Shown: in pieces, positions 34,425 through 43,795 of the stretch
Position numbering within the stretch: the stretch's first letter is position 1
Layout of the letters: every line of letters begins with the position of its first letter
Assembly (NCBI GenBank): GCA_035546615.1
Contig: DASZWM010000003.1
Span: 32,001-96,000, forward strand
Direction: 5' to 3'
Origin: Minisyncoccota bacterium
GTDB taxonomy: Bacteria > Patescibacteriota > Minisyncoccia > Phycocordibacterales > SBAW01
DNA: 64,000 bases
Position numbers and translations under genes: made by a program
The notes under the pieces: model-generated
What the model saw: only the letters and a program-made list of their open reading frames with translations
Databases searched by the model: none
Told to the model about the DNA's origin: nothing

Positions 34425-35573
34425 TTATTGGATGAGATTCCAGGTATTCTGGTCTTCCCCGCCGTCGAATTTGAAGAATGCGACGCCCCTGATGCCGAGC
34501 TTTTTGGCGAGCGCTATCTTTTGTGCGATGGCGGTCGAGTCGCTCCACGAAAGGATATTGATGGTCTGAGCGCCTGCGGCGGCGGGACCCGCCGCCGCCG
34601 AGGACGTGCGCACGCCGGCAACGGTCGGCGTAGACGTGGCGAGGTAGGTCAGCTGTAGCTCGCCGGCGCTGTTGCGGATGGGCTTGAGGCCGAGGCTCAT
34701 CGCGAGGTCGGTGCCGTACTTGGGATTGAACGCCCAGAGCCTGCTATAGCTGTAGCCGGAGGTCGGAAGCGGCGTCACGGTGTATTCGTAGCCGTAGGTC
34801 GGGATGCCGAGCACAAGCTTTTTCTTGGAAATGGTCTGCGCGGCCAGAGTCATCACCTTCTCCACCCACGCAACGTCGGCCACGGGAATGTACGGACCTG
34901 CGGCGGTACCATTGAGCTTAACGTCGATGGCGCCCTGGTCGTACGCCATTATCTGCACGCGGTCGCAGTACTTGTTTATCTGCACGAAATCGTTGGCGTA
35001 AACGCCGGCGTCCTTGGGCGGCGTGCCGTCGTAGCGCGAGTCCAGCGGGGTGCGCGACTCGATAGTGCAGTAGACCCACTTCTGCCCCATCCGCTGGTAG
35101 AGGCCCTTGAGGAAGAGCGAGAAATAATCGCGCGTCTCGGCGTATTTGCTTTCGAAATCGATATCGATGCCGTCGAAGCCCTCGCGCACTACGAGCGCCG
35201 CCACGTCGTCCTCGAGCTTCTGGCGCGTCGTTGCGTTTGAAAGGATGCGGTGCATTGAGGCGCCGTCGCTCCACATGATGGTCGGAATATAGCGCACGCC
35301 GTTCTTCTTCGCGGCGGCGCGGAGGCTCTTCCACGGTTCGTCGGCAAAGCCGGTCGGGTCGGACAGGACGCCGGTGTTGGTAACGATGTAGCCGAACGGA
35401 TGCACGGCCGTGAGGCTTGCGATGCGCGGCAATACGTCGGCGGTGCCGGTTGCGGCGCGCCAGTACGGGATCCAGCCGGACACCTCAAGCGCGGACTTGA
35501 GAGGCGCGGCGTGCGCCGCGCCGGGGAGTGCCATGAGAAGGCCGAGTATGGAGAATAGGAAAAAACGCTTCAT
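34425..35573 (-). CDS. Glycoside hydrolase family 18-like (chitinase-like) secreted protein
   Basis: Signal peptide. GFDGIDIDFE matches the GH18 DxxDxDxE catalytic motif. Confidence 0.7.
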   Translation of the reverse strand: MKRFFLFSILGLLMALPGAAHAAPLKSALEVSGWIPYWRAATGTADVLPRIASLTAVHPFGYIVTNTGVLSDPTGFADEPWKSLRAAAKKNGVRYIPTIMWSDGASMHRILSNATTRQKLEDDVAALVVREGFDGIDIDFESKYAETRDYFSLFLKGLYQRMGQKWVYCTIESRTPLDSRYDGTPPKDAGVYANDFVQINKYCDRVQIMAYDQGAIDVKLNGTAAGPYIPVADVAWVEKVMTLAAQTISKKKLVLGIPTYGYEYTVTPLPTSGYSYSRLWAFNPKYGTDLAMSLGLKPIRNSAGELQLTYLATSTPTVAGVRTSSAAAGPAAAGAQTINILSWSDSTAIAQKIALAKKLGIRGVAFFKFDGGEDQNTWNLIQ

Positions 35574-35640
35574 ATATCCAGTATACGATATGACGCAGGA
35601 ATAAGGGTTTTATTACCCCTCCGGACCAGGAAGCCCGAAA

Positions 35641-36861
35641 CTATCCGACACGGGGACGGCGCCTGCCCAAGAAAAGAACCGCCCACGAAGCGCCTATCAG
35701 GAGAGCGCCGAATATGAATGAGGAGTTGAGACCCACCAGCGCGATAACGCCGCCGCCGAAAACCGGTATGACGCCCTGCGACAGCGCCATGAGCGAGCCG
35801 TTGATGCCGAGCGCCGCGCCCTGCTTTTCGGGCGAGACGCTCTTGCTCACGAGCGCGCCCAGGTTGGCGAAAGAAAGCCCCTGCGGCACCGCCAGTATCG
35901 GCAGGAGCACGTAGAGCCAGAAGGCGCTCGGCATGAAGGGGTACAGCGCGATGGCGCCGCCCACGAGCAGGATGGTGTAGCGGAGTATTGCGCGCTCGCT
36001 GTACTTCCCCGCCACCAGGCGCAGGAGGAAGAGCTGGGTCACGACCATCCAGGCGCCCACGACGCCGAAGAACGTGCCGATGGAGGCTTCGCTGAAGTGG
36101 AACTTGGCCACGAGAAGCACGCCTATAAAGGATACGAAGAACGAAAAGCCCGACATATAGAGGAAGTTCGTGAGGTACACCGGCCGCGCGTCGCGGTCGC
36201 GGAAGGCGTCGCGGATGTTATGAATGCCCTTGAGCCAGTGGAAATGATGCGCGCCGCTCATGGTCTTGTGCGTCTCCGGCAGCATGAGGGAGATGAACAG
36301 GACGTTGATTATGCCGAGGATGCCGGCGAACCAGAACGGGGCCGCCGCGTTATGCGTCGTCTCGGCGATGAAGCCGCCGAGCAAGGGCCCGAGGATGAAG
36401 CCGATGCCGAACGCGGCGCCGATGAGGCCGAAGTTCTTGGCGCGCTCGTTCGGAGCGCTAACATCGGCGATGGCCGCCTGCGCAATGGAGAAGTTGGCGC
36501 CCGCAAGCCCCGCGACCATGCGCGAGACCAGGAGCAGCCAAAGCGACGCTATCTCGATGCCGAAGCCGAAGATGAGCTGGGAGACCGCAAGCACTGCGAC
36601 ACCCAAAGTGAGGAGCTTCTTGCGGCCGTACGCGTCGGATAGCTCGCCCAAAATGGGAGAAGCGATGAACTGCATAAGCCCGAAGAGCGCGGTCAGAAGG
36701 CCCGCCATGAAATACTGAGCCTCTACCGAATAGCCGTGGAGTATAAATGAGGGCGAGGTCGGGTCGGTGAAGAGCACGGGCAATATCGGCACGAGCATGC
36801 CGACGCCTATCATGTCCAGCAGCAGCGTGCTGAACAGCACTATGAGCACTTTTTTCTGCAT
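35641..36861 (-). CDS. MFS transporter (drug:H+ antiporter-like)
   Basis: 12 TM helices, G.LSD..GRK motif. Confidence 0.9.
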   Translation of the reverse strand: MQKKVLIVLFSTLLLDMIGVGMLVPILPVLFTDPTSPSFILHGYSVEAQYFMAGLLTALFGLMQFIASPILGELSDAYGRKKLLTLGVAVLAVSQLIFGFGIEIASLWLLLVSRMVAGLAGANFSIAQAAIADVSAPNERAKNFGLIGAAFGIGFILGPLLGGFIAETTHNAAAPFWFAGILGIINVLFISLMLPETHKTMSGAHHFHWLKGIHNIRDAFRDRDARPVYLTNFLYMSGFSFFVSFIGVLLVAKFHFSEASIGTFFGVVGAWMVVTQLFLLRLVAGKYSERAILRYTILLVGGAIALYPFMPSAFWLYVLLPILAVPQGLSFANLGALVSKSVSPEKQGAALGINGSLMALSQGVIPVFGGGVIALVGLNSSFIFGALLIGASWAVLFLGRRRPRVG

Positions 36862-36876
36862 GATTGGATAGCTACA

Positions 36877-37326
36877 CTATACCCCTTGTTTCGTGATGGC
36901 TGCGAAGTCCGCGCCGCGGCCATCCGCGGCGGTAATGGCTCCGCGCTTGAGCACGAGCTTGTCGCTGTCTTTGAAGACGCCTATTTCCGTTCCCGAAGCG
37001 CCGTTGCGGCAGATGACGCCGGAGAGCTCGCCGGGAAGATACGCGACCGATCTGCCGTTTATCTCGTCGCACTCCCCCGGGTACGCGCCCGCGGGAAGGT
37101 CGACGCCCGCGACATGGAGCACGACGACGGTGGTAGTCGCCTGCGCGCCTGCGGCGGGCACTATCTCAAAATTCCACACGAACTGGCCGCGCAGGGTTTC
37201 GTCGACGAGCGGCTGGGTATGAAAGCTGTAATACGCGAACCATCCGGCAAGTATGACGACCGCCGCCACGGCGGCGATGACGGGCCACTTATACTGCTGG
37301 CCCTGCTCGTTTTGTTCTTCAGACAT
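36877..37326 (-). CDS. Membrane-anchored hypothetical protein (AGWFAYYSF anchor)
   Basis: N-terminal TM helix plus a soluble domain. Confidence 0.45.
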   Translation of the reverse strand: MSEEQNEQGQQYKWPVIAAVAAVVILAGWFAYYSFHTQPLVDETLRGQFVWNFEIVPAAGAQATTTVVVLHVAGVDLPAGAYPGECDEINGRSVAYLPGELSGVICRNGASGTEIGVFKDSDKLVLKRGAITAADGRGADFAAITKQGV

Positions 37327-37377
37327 ATAGTGTGAAAGTGTACGTTACCTAGCCTGTACGATTAATGAACGGTTCAA

Positions 37378-39147
37378 TTACGCGCGGCGCTTTTCCTGCG
37401 GCTTCTTGCGCAGGCGGGTGCTGACCGGCGTTATTTCAAGATACTCGTCTTCGGCCATAACCTCAAGCCCGCGCTCGATGGTAAGGGTGTACGGCGGCAC
37501 CAGATTGATAGCCTCGTCGGAGCCGGAAGCGCGCATGTTGGTAAGCTGCTTGCCCTTGGTCGGGTTCACTTCCATCTCCTCGCCCTTGGAGGTATTGCCG
37601 ATGACCTGGCCCTCATACACTTCGGTCGCGGGGGAAATATAGAGCACGCCGCGGTCCTGGAGGTTCCAGAGGCTGAAGCCAAGCGCCTTGCCTGAGGCCA
37701 TGGACACCATGGAGCCCACGACGCGCTTTTGGATCTCGCCGGCGTACGGGCGGAATTCGATGAAGCGGCTCGAAAGGATGCCTTCGCCCTTGGTGTCGAG
37801 CACGAATTGCGAGCGGTAGCCCAGCAGGCCGCGGGTGGGGCCCTCAAATATCATGCGCACCGTCTCGCTGTGCTGGCGCATATCCTTGAGGATGCACTTG
37901 CGCTGGCCCAGGCGCTCGATGATGGGGCCCTGGAAGTCCACCGGCGTGTCGATGACGATTTCCTCAAACGGCTCGTAGCGGACGCCGTCGCGCTCTTCAA
38001 AAATAACGTGCGGCTGGGAGACCTGGATCTCGTAGCCCTCGCGGCGCATATTCTCCAGGAGAATCGCGATATGGAGCTCGCCGCGGCCGGAGACATGGAA
38101 GGTTTCGGAAGTGCCGAAGTCCACCTGGAGGCCGACGTTGACCTCAAGCTCGTGCTCGAGGCGCTCGCGGATCTGGCGCGAGGTAACGAACTTGCCTTCG
38201 CGGCCCGCGAACGGCGAATTGTTGACGAGGAAGTCCAGCGTAATGGTCGGCTCGTCGATGGCGATGGCCGGAAGCGGCGTGGCCCCGGCGTCGCTGGTAA
38301 CGGTCTCGCCGATGTAGATGTCCGGAAGGCCCGCTACAAGCACGATGTCGCCGGCCTCGGCGCTCGGTATCTCTATCTTCTGGAGGCCCTTGAACGAAAA
38401 GAGTTTCGTTACCTTGCCCTGGCGCATGGCGCCGTCGGGTTTCTTGATGAAAACGCTGTCGCCTACCGACACGGAGCCCTGGTAGATGCGGGCGAACGCG
38501 AGGCGGCCGAGGAAGTTGTCGTAGCCGAGGTTGAACGGCTGCATCATGAGCGCGCCGCCCTGCACCACATCGGCGTTGGCGGGCTTCACGTGCTCCAATA
38601 TTACGTCCAGAAGCGGCATGAGGTCCTTCGAGTCGTCGGCGAGCTTGCGCTTGGCGATACCCTGGCGGCCGATGGCGTACACTACGGGGAAATTGCTCTG
38701 GTCATCGTTTGCGCCGAGCTCGAGGAAGAGCTCCAATACCGCTTCCTCGCACTTGGCGGGATCGGCGGCCGGCTTGTCTATCTTGTTGATGACGACGATA
38801 GGCTTGAGGCCGAGCTCGAGCGACTTCTTGAGCACGAAGCGCGTCTGCGGCATCGGGCCCTCCTGGGCGTCCACGACAAGGAGCACCGAGTCGATGGAGC
38901 GCAGCACGCGCTCGACCTCGGAGCCGAAGTCGGCGTGGCCGGGGGTGTCCACGATGTTTATCTTGGTGCCCTTGTACGGCACCGAGGCGTTCTTTGCGTA
39001 AATAGTGATACCGCGCTCGCGCTCGAGGGTGTTGGAGTCCATAGACACGCCTTCCTCCCCCACGCCGGTCTGCTTAAGCAAAGCGTCGGTTAAGGTGGTC
39101 TTGCCGTGGTCCACGTGCGCGATGATAGCTATATTGCGGATTTCCAT
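37378..39147 (-). CDS. typA: Translational GTPase TypA/BipA
   Basis: AHVDHGKTT, DTPGHADF, NKIDK G-motifs. The track ORF is extended; the ATG is at 39147 (MEIRNIAIIAHVDHGKTT). Confidence 0.95.
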   Translation of the reverse strand: MEIRNIAIIAHVDHGKTTLTDALLKQTGVGEEGVSMDSNTLERERGITIYAKNASVPYKGTKINIVDTPGHADFGSEVERVLRSIDSVLLVVDAQEGPMPQTRFVLKKSLELGLKPIVVINKIDKPAADPAKCEEAVLELFLELGANDDQSNFPVVYAIGRQGIAKRKLADDSKDLMPLLDVILEHVKPANADVVQGGALMMQPFNLGYDNFLGRLAFARIYQGSVSVGDSVFIKKPDGAMRQGKVTKLFSFKGLQKIEIPSAEAGDIVLVAGLPDIYIGETVTSDAGATPLPAIAIDEPTITLDFLVNNSPFAGREGKFVTSRQIRERLEHELEVNVGLQVDFGTSETFHVSGRGELHIAILLENMRREGYEIQVSQPHVIFEERDGVRYEPFEEIVIDTPVDFQGPIIERLGQRKCILKDMRQHSETVRMIFEGPTRGLLGYRSQFVLDTKGEGILSSRFIEFRPYAGEIQKRVVGSMVSMASGKALGFSLWNLQDRGVLYISPATEVYEGQVIGNTSKGEEMEVNPTKGKQLTNMRASGSDEAINLVPPYTLTIERGLEVMAEDEYLEITPVSTRLRKKPQEKRRA

Positions 39148-39469
39148 AGGATTCAATAAAAATCGCCCGCGAGGGGCATATATATAGTATACATCACTTT
39201 CCGCATACAGCAAAGAGCGCCCGGGAGGGCGCTCTTTGCTGTGTTCCCCACGTATGTATCTTAGGAGTTGCGGGACGAGGACGTGTCCGAGCCCGAAGAG
39301 CCGTTGTCGCGGCTGTTATTGGTGCTGCCGGCAGAAGAGCCCTGATCGCTGCCCGTGTTGCGCTTGTCGTCGTTCATATTGTTTGCCATATGATTGTATT
39401 TATTATTGCTTGAATAATTAATACTGTTCGACCTGCACTCAGTCTACAGAACCGACCCTGAAGAGCACA

Positions 39470-39928
39470 TTAAGGCCTCCCGCCCTGCATCTGCGTGGCC
39501 CCTGCGGGCCGTATCTGCACCGACTGCGCGGTAATGCTGCCGTCGCTGTTGCCTGAGCCCGTAACGACGACGCTTGTTCCCGGCGCCAGGTCGTCGAGCG
39601 TACCCGCGGCGCTCTTGGTAACCGCTGTCGAGGCGCTGAGGAGCACTATTTTCGTGCTGCCGTCCGCCATTTTCAGCGTTATGCCAGACGCGTCCCTGGA
39701 AAGGACTTCGCCGGCGGTAAAGCCGCCCCCCACGCGCGCATTCATGCCGCCCTGGAAGCCCGCTCCCCCGCCCGTACCCATGCCGCGGGTGAATGCGGCG
39801 CCCGCGAACTGTCCGCGGCCCTGGCTGCCGCTCTTTGCATACAGCGTGCCGGCCCAGAACGAGGCGCCGACAAGCACGACCGCTATGACGCCCGCGATGA
39901 TCTTCGTATTGTTGCTTATGGTGTTCAT
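39470..39928 (-). CDS. Membrane-anchored Gly-rich hypothetical protein
   Basis: TM anchor plus a Gly-rich soluble part. Confidence 0.45.
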   Translation of the reverse strand: MNTISNNTKIIAGVIAVVLVGASFWAGTLYAKSGSQGRGQFAGAAFTRGMGTGGGAGFQGGMNARVGGGFTAGEVLSRDASGITLKMADGSTKIVLLSASTAVTKSAAGTLDDLAPGTSVVVTGSGNSDGSITAQSVQIRPAGATQMQGGRP

Positions 39929-39979
39929 ATTTTTTAATTAGTCCTATTAATTGTCGAATAACATTTCTCTGCGAAAACG

Positions 39980-41215
39980 TTATTCGTACCGCAGCGCCTC
40001 GATTGGGTTAAGCGCTGCCGCGCGGCGCGCCGGGTAGTACCCGAACACGATGCCGATCAAGGCAGATACGCCGAACGCAAGAATGATGGATGTCGGCGAT
40101 ACCGCGGTCTTCACGATGCCGGTCAGATTGACGGCGAAGGATATGCCCCACCCCAGGGCGATGCCGATGACGCCGCCGATAAGCGTCAGCGCGATGGCCT
40201 CGATGAGAAACTGCTTGGTGATGTCGCTCTTTCTCGCGCCTATCGCCTTGCGCAGGCCTATCTCGCGCGTGCGCTCGGTTACCGTCGTGAGCATCATGTT
40301 CATGATGCCGATGCCGCCGACCAGCAAACTGATGCCGCCTATCGCGGCAAGAAGGTACGTCAGGGTGGCCGTGACGCTCGACGCCGACGCGAGGATGTCC
40401 GCCTGGTTAAGCACGCTGAAATCCGCAGCGGTCGCGTCGGAGATATGGTGCCGGTCCAGAAGCAGCGCGGTAATGTCGGCCGAGGCCTGCGTCATGACAT
40501 CGGCGCTTGCGGCCTGCACGTCGATGGATGTCAGGTACTGGTCGCCGGAGAAGTAGCGCTGCGCGCTTTTGACCGGGATGTAGACGATATCGTCGGCGTT
40601 GGTGAATCCGCTGCCGCCCTTGGCCGCGGTAACGCCGATAACCTTGAACTCCATGCCCTTGATGCGGATTATCTTTCCTATCGCGTCCGCCGCCGCCGTG
40701 TCCTCCCCGAACAAGTCGCTTACTACCGTCGGCCCCAGCACCGCCACTTTGGCGGCGGAATCGTTTTGCGTGTCGCTGATGAACGAGCCTTCAGCCACGG
40801 CAATGTTGCGGATAGCCGGATAGCTCGCCGTGGTGCCGTTGACGGTCGTATTGGTATTGGTGCCCTTGGCGGTTATCTGATAGCGGCCGGTTACTTCCTG
40901 CGCGACCGCCTCCACGCCCGAGACCTGCGCGAGTATTGCGTCGGCGTCGGCCGCGGTCAGCGACTTTGCTCCCCCGCGGCCGGCGGAAGCGGTAAAGCCA
41001 CCGGCCATGCGCTGTACCCCCGGCGTTATCTGCAAAAGATTGGAACCCAAGGCGCTGATGCTTGAAGAAATAGACGCCGAAGCGCCGCTGCCTATCGAGA
41101 CCATCGCGATGACGGACGAAATGCCGATAACGATGCCGAGTATAGTGAGCCCGGAGCGGACCTTGTTGGCCGAAAGGGCCGTATAGGTTTCGTGTAAGGT
41201 ATCTTTTAAAGTCAT
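39980..41215 (-). CDS. ABC transporter permease, MacB/FtsX family
   Basis: MacB periplasmic core plus a C-terminal FtsX four-helix domain. The ATG is at 41215 (MTLKDTLHETYTAL). Confidence 0.85.
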   Translation of the reverse strand: MTLKDTLHETYTALSANKVRSGLTILGIVIGISSVIAMVSIGSGASASISSSISALGSNLLQITPGVQRMAGGFTASAGRGGAKSLTAADADAILAQVSGVEAVAQEVTGRYQITAKGTNTNTTVNGTTASYPAIRNIAVAEGSFISDTQNDSAAKVAVLGPTVVSDLFGEDTAAADAIGKIIRIKGMEFKVIGVTAAKGGSGFTNADDIVYIPVKSAQRYFSGDQYLTSIDVQAASADVMTQASADITALLLDRHHISDATAADFSVLNQADILASASSVTATLTYLLAAIGGISLLVGGIGIMNMMLTTVTERTREIGLRKAIGARKSDITKQFLIEAIALTLIGGVIGIALGWGISFAVNLTGIVKTAVSPTSIILAFGVSALIGIVFGYYPARRAAALNPIEALRYE

Positions 41216-41373
41216 GTGTGTATCACTGCGAAAGATGGAAGTGAAATAGGATAGTCGCACCTATACGGTCCCAAGCCCCCGTGGAGGAAGGTTTGGGAAA
41301 CCGAGAGGTTTCCCAGACGGGGGTCGGGGGCTTGGGCGGTATATGTTTCATGGAGGGTGTCTTTTAAAGTCAT
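41177..41373. repeat. 39-nt imperfect direct repeat of the permease gene start (41177-41215 and about 41335-41373) flanking a nested GC-rich hairpin (about 41270-41336)
   Basis: Seen directly. 33 of 39 nt identical. The hairpin has a 12-bp outer stem (CCCAAGCCCCCG/CGGGGGCTTGGG) and an 8-bp inner stem. Confidence 0.6.
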
Positions 41374-41385
41374 ACGAAGAAATTT

Positions 41386-42099
41386 TTAAGCGTCATGATG
41401 TTTGGCGCGGCGGCGCGCGTGGGCTTTGGAGTCGGACACAATAAGCCCGTCGCGCAGGACGATGATGCGCTGCGCATGCTCGGCAACGTCGGGCTCGTGG
41501 GTGATGAGGATTATCGTGCGCCCCTGCTCCTCGTTGAGCTTCTGGAACGTGCCGAGCACGACTTCGCCGGTCTTGGTGTCGAGGTTGCCGGTCGGCTCGT
41601 CGGCCAAAATGAGCGACGGCTCGTTGACAAGCGCGCGGGCGATGGCGACGCGCTGTATCTGCCCGCCGGACAATTCATTGGAGCGGTGAAGAAAATGCGT
41701 TTCGGAAAGCCCCGCGTCCACCAATGACTTCTTCGCGCGCTTTTCGCGCGCCTCCTCGTCTACGCCGGCGTACACGAGCGGCAGCATCACGTTGCGCAGC
41801 ATGGTCGTGCGCGGAAGCAGGTTGAACGACTGGAACACGAAGCCCACTTTGCCTTTGCGGATATCGGCCAATTGCTCGTCGTCGAGCTTGGATACGTCTT
41901 TTTTGTCCAGCCGGTACGAGCCCGAAGTCGGCGTGTCGAGGCAGCCGAGAATATGCATGAGCGTCGACTTGCCCGATCCGGAGGGGCCCATGATTGCGAC
42001 GAACTCGCCGTCCTCTATCGTGAAGGACACTCCCTTGAGCGCCTGGAATGCGGTATCGCCCGAGCCGTACGTCTTCGTTATGTCTTTTATTTCGATCAT
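41386..42099 (-). CDS. ABC transporter ATP-binding protein (MacB/LolD type)
   Basis: Walker A GPSGSGKST, signature LSGGQ, Walker [12 protein letters not shown]. Confidence 0.95.
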   Translation of the reverse strand: MIEIKDITKTYGSGDTAFQALKGVSFTIEDGEFVAIMGPSGSGKSTLMHILGCLDTPTSGSYRLDKKDVSKLDDEQLADIRKGKVGFVFQSFNLLPRTTMLRNVMLPLVYAGVDEEAREKRAKKSLVDAGLSETHFLHRSNELSGGQIQRVAIARALVNEPSLILADEPTGNLDTKTGEVVLGTFQKLNEEQGRTIILITHEPDVAEHAQRIIVLRDGLIVSDSKAHARRRAKHHDA

Positions 42100-42104
42100 G
42101 AGGG

Positions 42105-43736
42105 CTAGAAAGCTCTGAGCGTCGCGCCGCCGAAGCCGCCCCTGTTGGCGCCTGTGGCAGCCGTAGCGGCAGTTGCCGCGGTGGCCGAAATAGTGCGCGT
42201 TACCACCTGCTCCCCTTCCGACAGGCCGGACACTATCTCGACGTTCGTATCGTCGGAAAGGCCCGTCTCTACCGCTACCTGCCGCGGCGCCGTCTTTGAC
42301 GCGACGCCGGCAGCGCCTCCGGTCTCCGCAAGCGGCGGATCGAATACCTGCACGTAGGAGGCGCCGCCCACGGTCTTCACGGCGCTCGACGGCACGATGA
42401 GCACGTCGGATTTGACGCTTGTCTGGATACTGGCGTTCACCGTCATGCCGGCCTTGATGCGCGGATCCTGCGCGTCGAAAGCGATCTCAAGCGCGTAGCT
42501 GACAACGCCCTGGCTCACGGTGCCCGCCGCGTCTATCGACGCCACGGTGCCCGTGAGCGTGAGGCCGTCTATCGCGTCGAACGTAAGCGTCGCCTTGTTG
42601 CCCACTTGCACTTTCGCCGCGTCGACCTCGTTGAGGCTGAGCGTCGCGACCTGCGTCTTGCTGATGACGGTCGCGATGGCGGTGCCGCTGCCGACCGTGT
42701 CGCCGACGGAGACGTTCACTTTGGAGACGATGCCGTCAAACGGCGCGCGGACGTAGGTGTCCGCAAGGGCATCCTTTTTCTGCTGGAGCGACAGCATCTC
42801 CGAGCGCAGGTCGAGCGCGTCGGGGCCGCTCTCAAGGTCGGCGAGCGCCTGCCGGCTTTTTATCGCGGAGCTTCTGGAGGAAGACGTGTTGGAGACGGCA
42901 TTGTTGGCCGTGCTTGCCAGGGACGTGACCGACGAATACGCGGCGTCCGCGTCGGCCGCAGTCGCGATGCTGTTATGGGTGCGCAGATACACGACCGCAT
43001 CCTGGGCGGACTTGGCGCTCTGCGCCGCCGAAAGGGCCGCATCATACGCCTGCGACAGCGCGTTCTCTATATCGGACTGGCTCGACGCCGTCGAGACGGA
43101 GCGCAGCGTCGCATCGTACGCCTTGAGAAGGTCGTCCGACGCGTAATAGCTCTTTTCGGCGGTAGATACGTATCCGCGGCCGGTCGCGCTGACGCCCGAG
43201 TTATTGGAAAGGCTGAGATAGCCGCTGAAAAGATCGTGCAGCCCGTCGAGTACGGTGTGCATGTCGCTTGAAGCCTTGGAAAGGGATGCGCGGGCGTCCG
43301 CGTACGCGCTTACGACCGAATCTTTGGCGTCTTGCAGGTCTTCCGGGTCGACGGTAACGAGCCTGTCGTACGAAAGCTGCGCGGTCCCAAGGTCGTACAA
43401 GGCGTCGGTCGGATCGACCTGCGCCAAGAGCGCGCCCGCCTTAACTTCCTGCCCGGCTTTCACGTTGACCGCGATGAGCTTGCCGGAGGAGGCGCCGGAA
43501 ACATCGACTTCGCTTGATGCCGCGACCTGCCCGCTGCCGGAAACCGAGGCAACGATGGTGCCCATCTGCGCGCTACCCAGCACGTACCGCGTCTCGGCGC
43601 TCGCGGATGTGGCGCGGCTATACGCCCACCAGCCGCCGCCCACAAGAACGACGATGGCTGCGGCGCTTATAACCTTGTGCGCGAGCGCGTATTTGGAGGC
43701 GCGCGCGTAGAGATTCTTAAATGCGGCTGTATTCAT
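42105..43736 (-). CDS. Periplasmic adaptor / membrane fusion protein (HlyD/MacA-like)
   Basis: N-terminal TM anchor, a long coiled-coil, and beta-barrel and lipoyl-like segments. Confidence 0.75.
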   Translation of the reverse strand: MNTAAFKNLYARASKYALAHKVISAAAIVVLVGGGWWAYSRATSASAETRYVLGSAQMGTIVASVSGSGQVAASSEVDVSGASSGKLIAVNVKAGQEVKAGALLAQVDPTDALYDLGTAQLSYDRLVTVDPEDLQDAKDSVVSAYADARASLSKASSDMHTVLDGLHDLFSGYLSLSNNSGVSATGRGYVSTAEKSYYASDDLLKAYDATLRSVSTASSQSDIENALSQAYDAALSAAQSAKSAQDAVVYLRTHNSIATAADADAAYSSVTSLASTANNAVSNTSSSRSSAIKSRQALADLESGPDALDLRSEMLSLQQKKDALADTYVRAPFDGIVSKVNVSVGDTVGSGTAIATVISKTQVATLSLNEVDAAKVQVGNKATLTFDAIDGLTLTGTVASIDAAGTVSQGVVSYALEIAFDAQDPRIKAGMTVNASIQTSVKSDVLIVPSSAVKTVGGASYVQVFDPPLAETGGAAGVASKTAPRQVAVETGLSDDTNVEIVSGLSEGEQVVTRTISATAATAATAATGANRGGFGGATLRAF

Positions 43737-43795
43737 GCAAAGAAGTGAATGGGTAAAAATGCCTTATACCCATTAGTACAAGCGGACAGGCGGCT

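Noticed and set aside
39261-39389. 42-aa Ser/Gly/Asn-rich ORF upstream of typA
   Set aside because: It is a low-complexity hydrophilic peptide with no RBS and no recognisable family. It is too uncertain to list as a feature.
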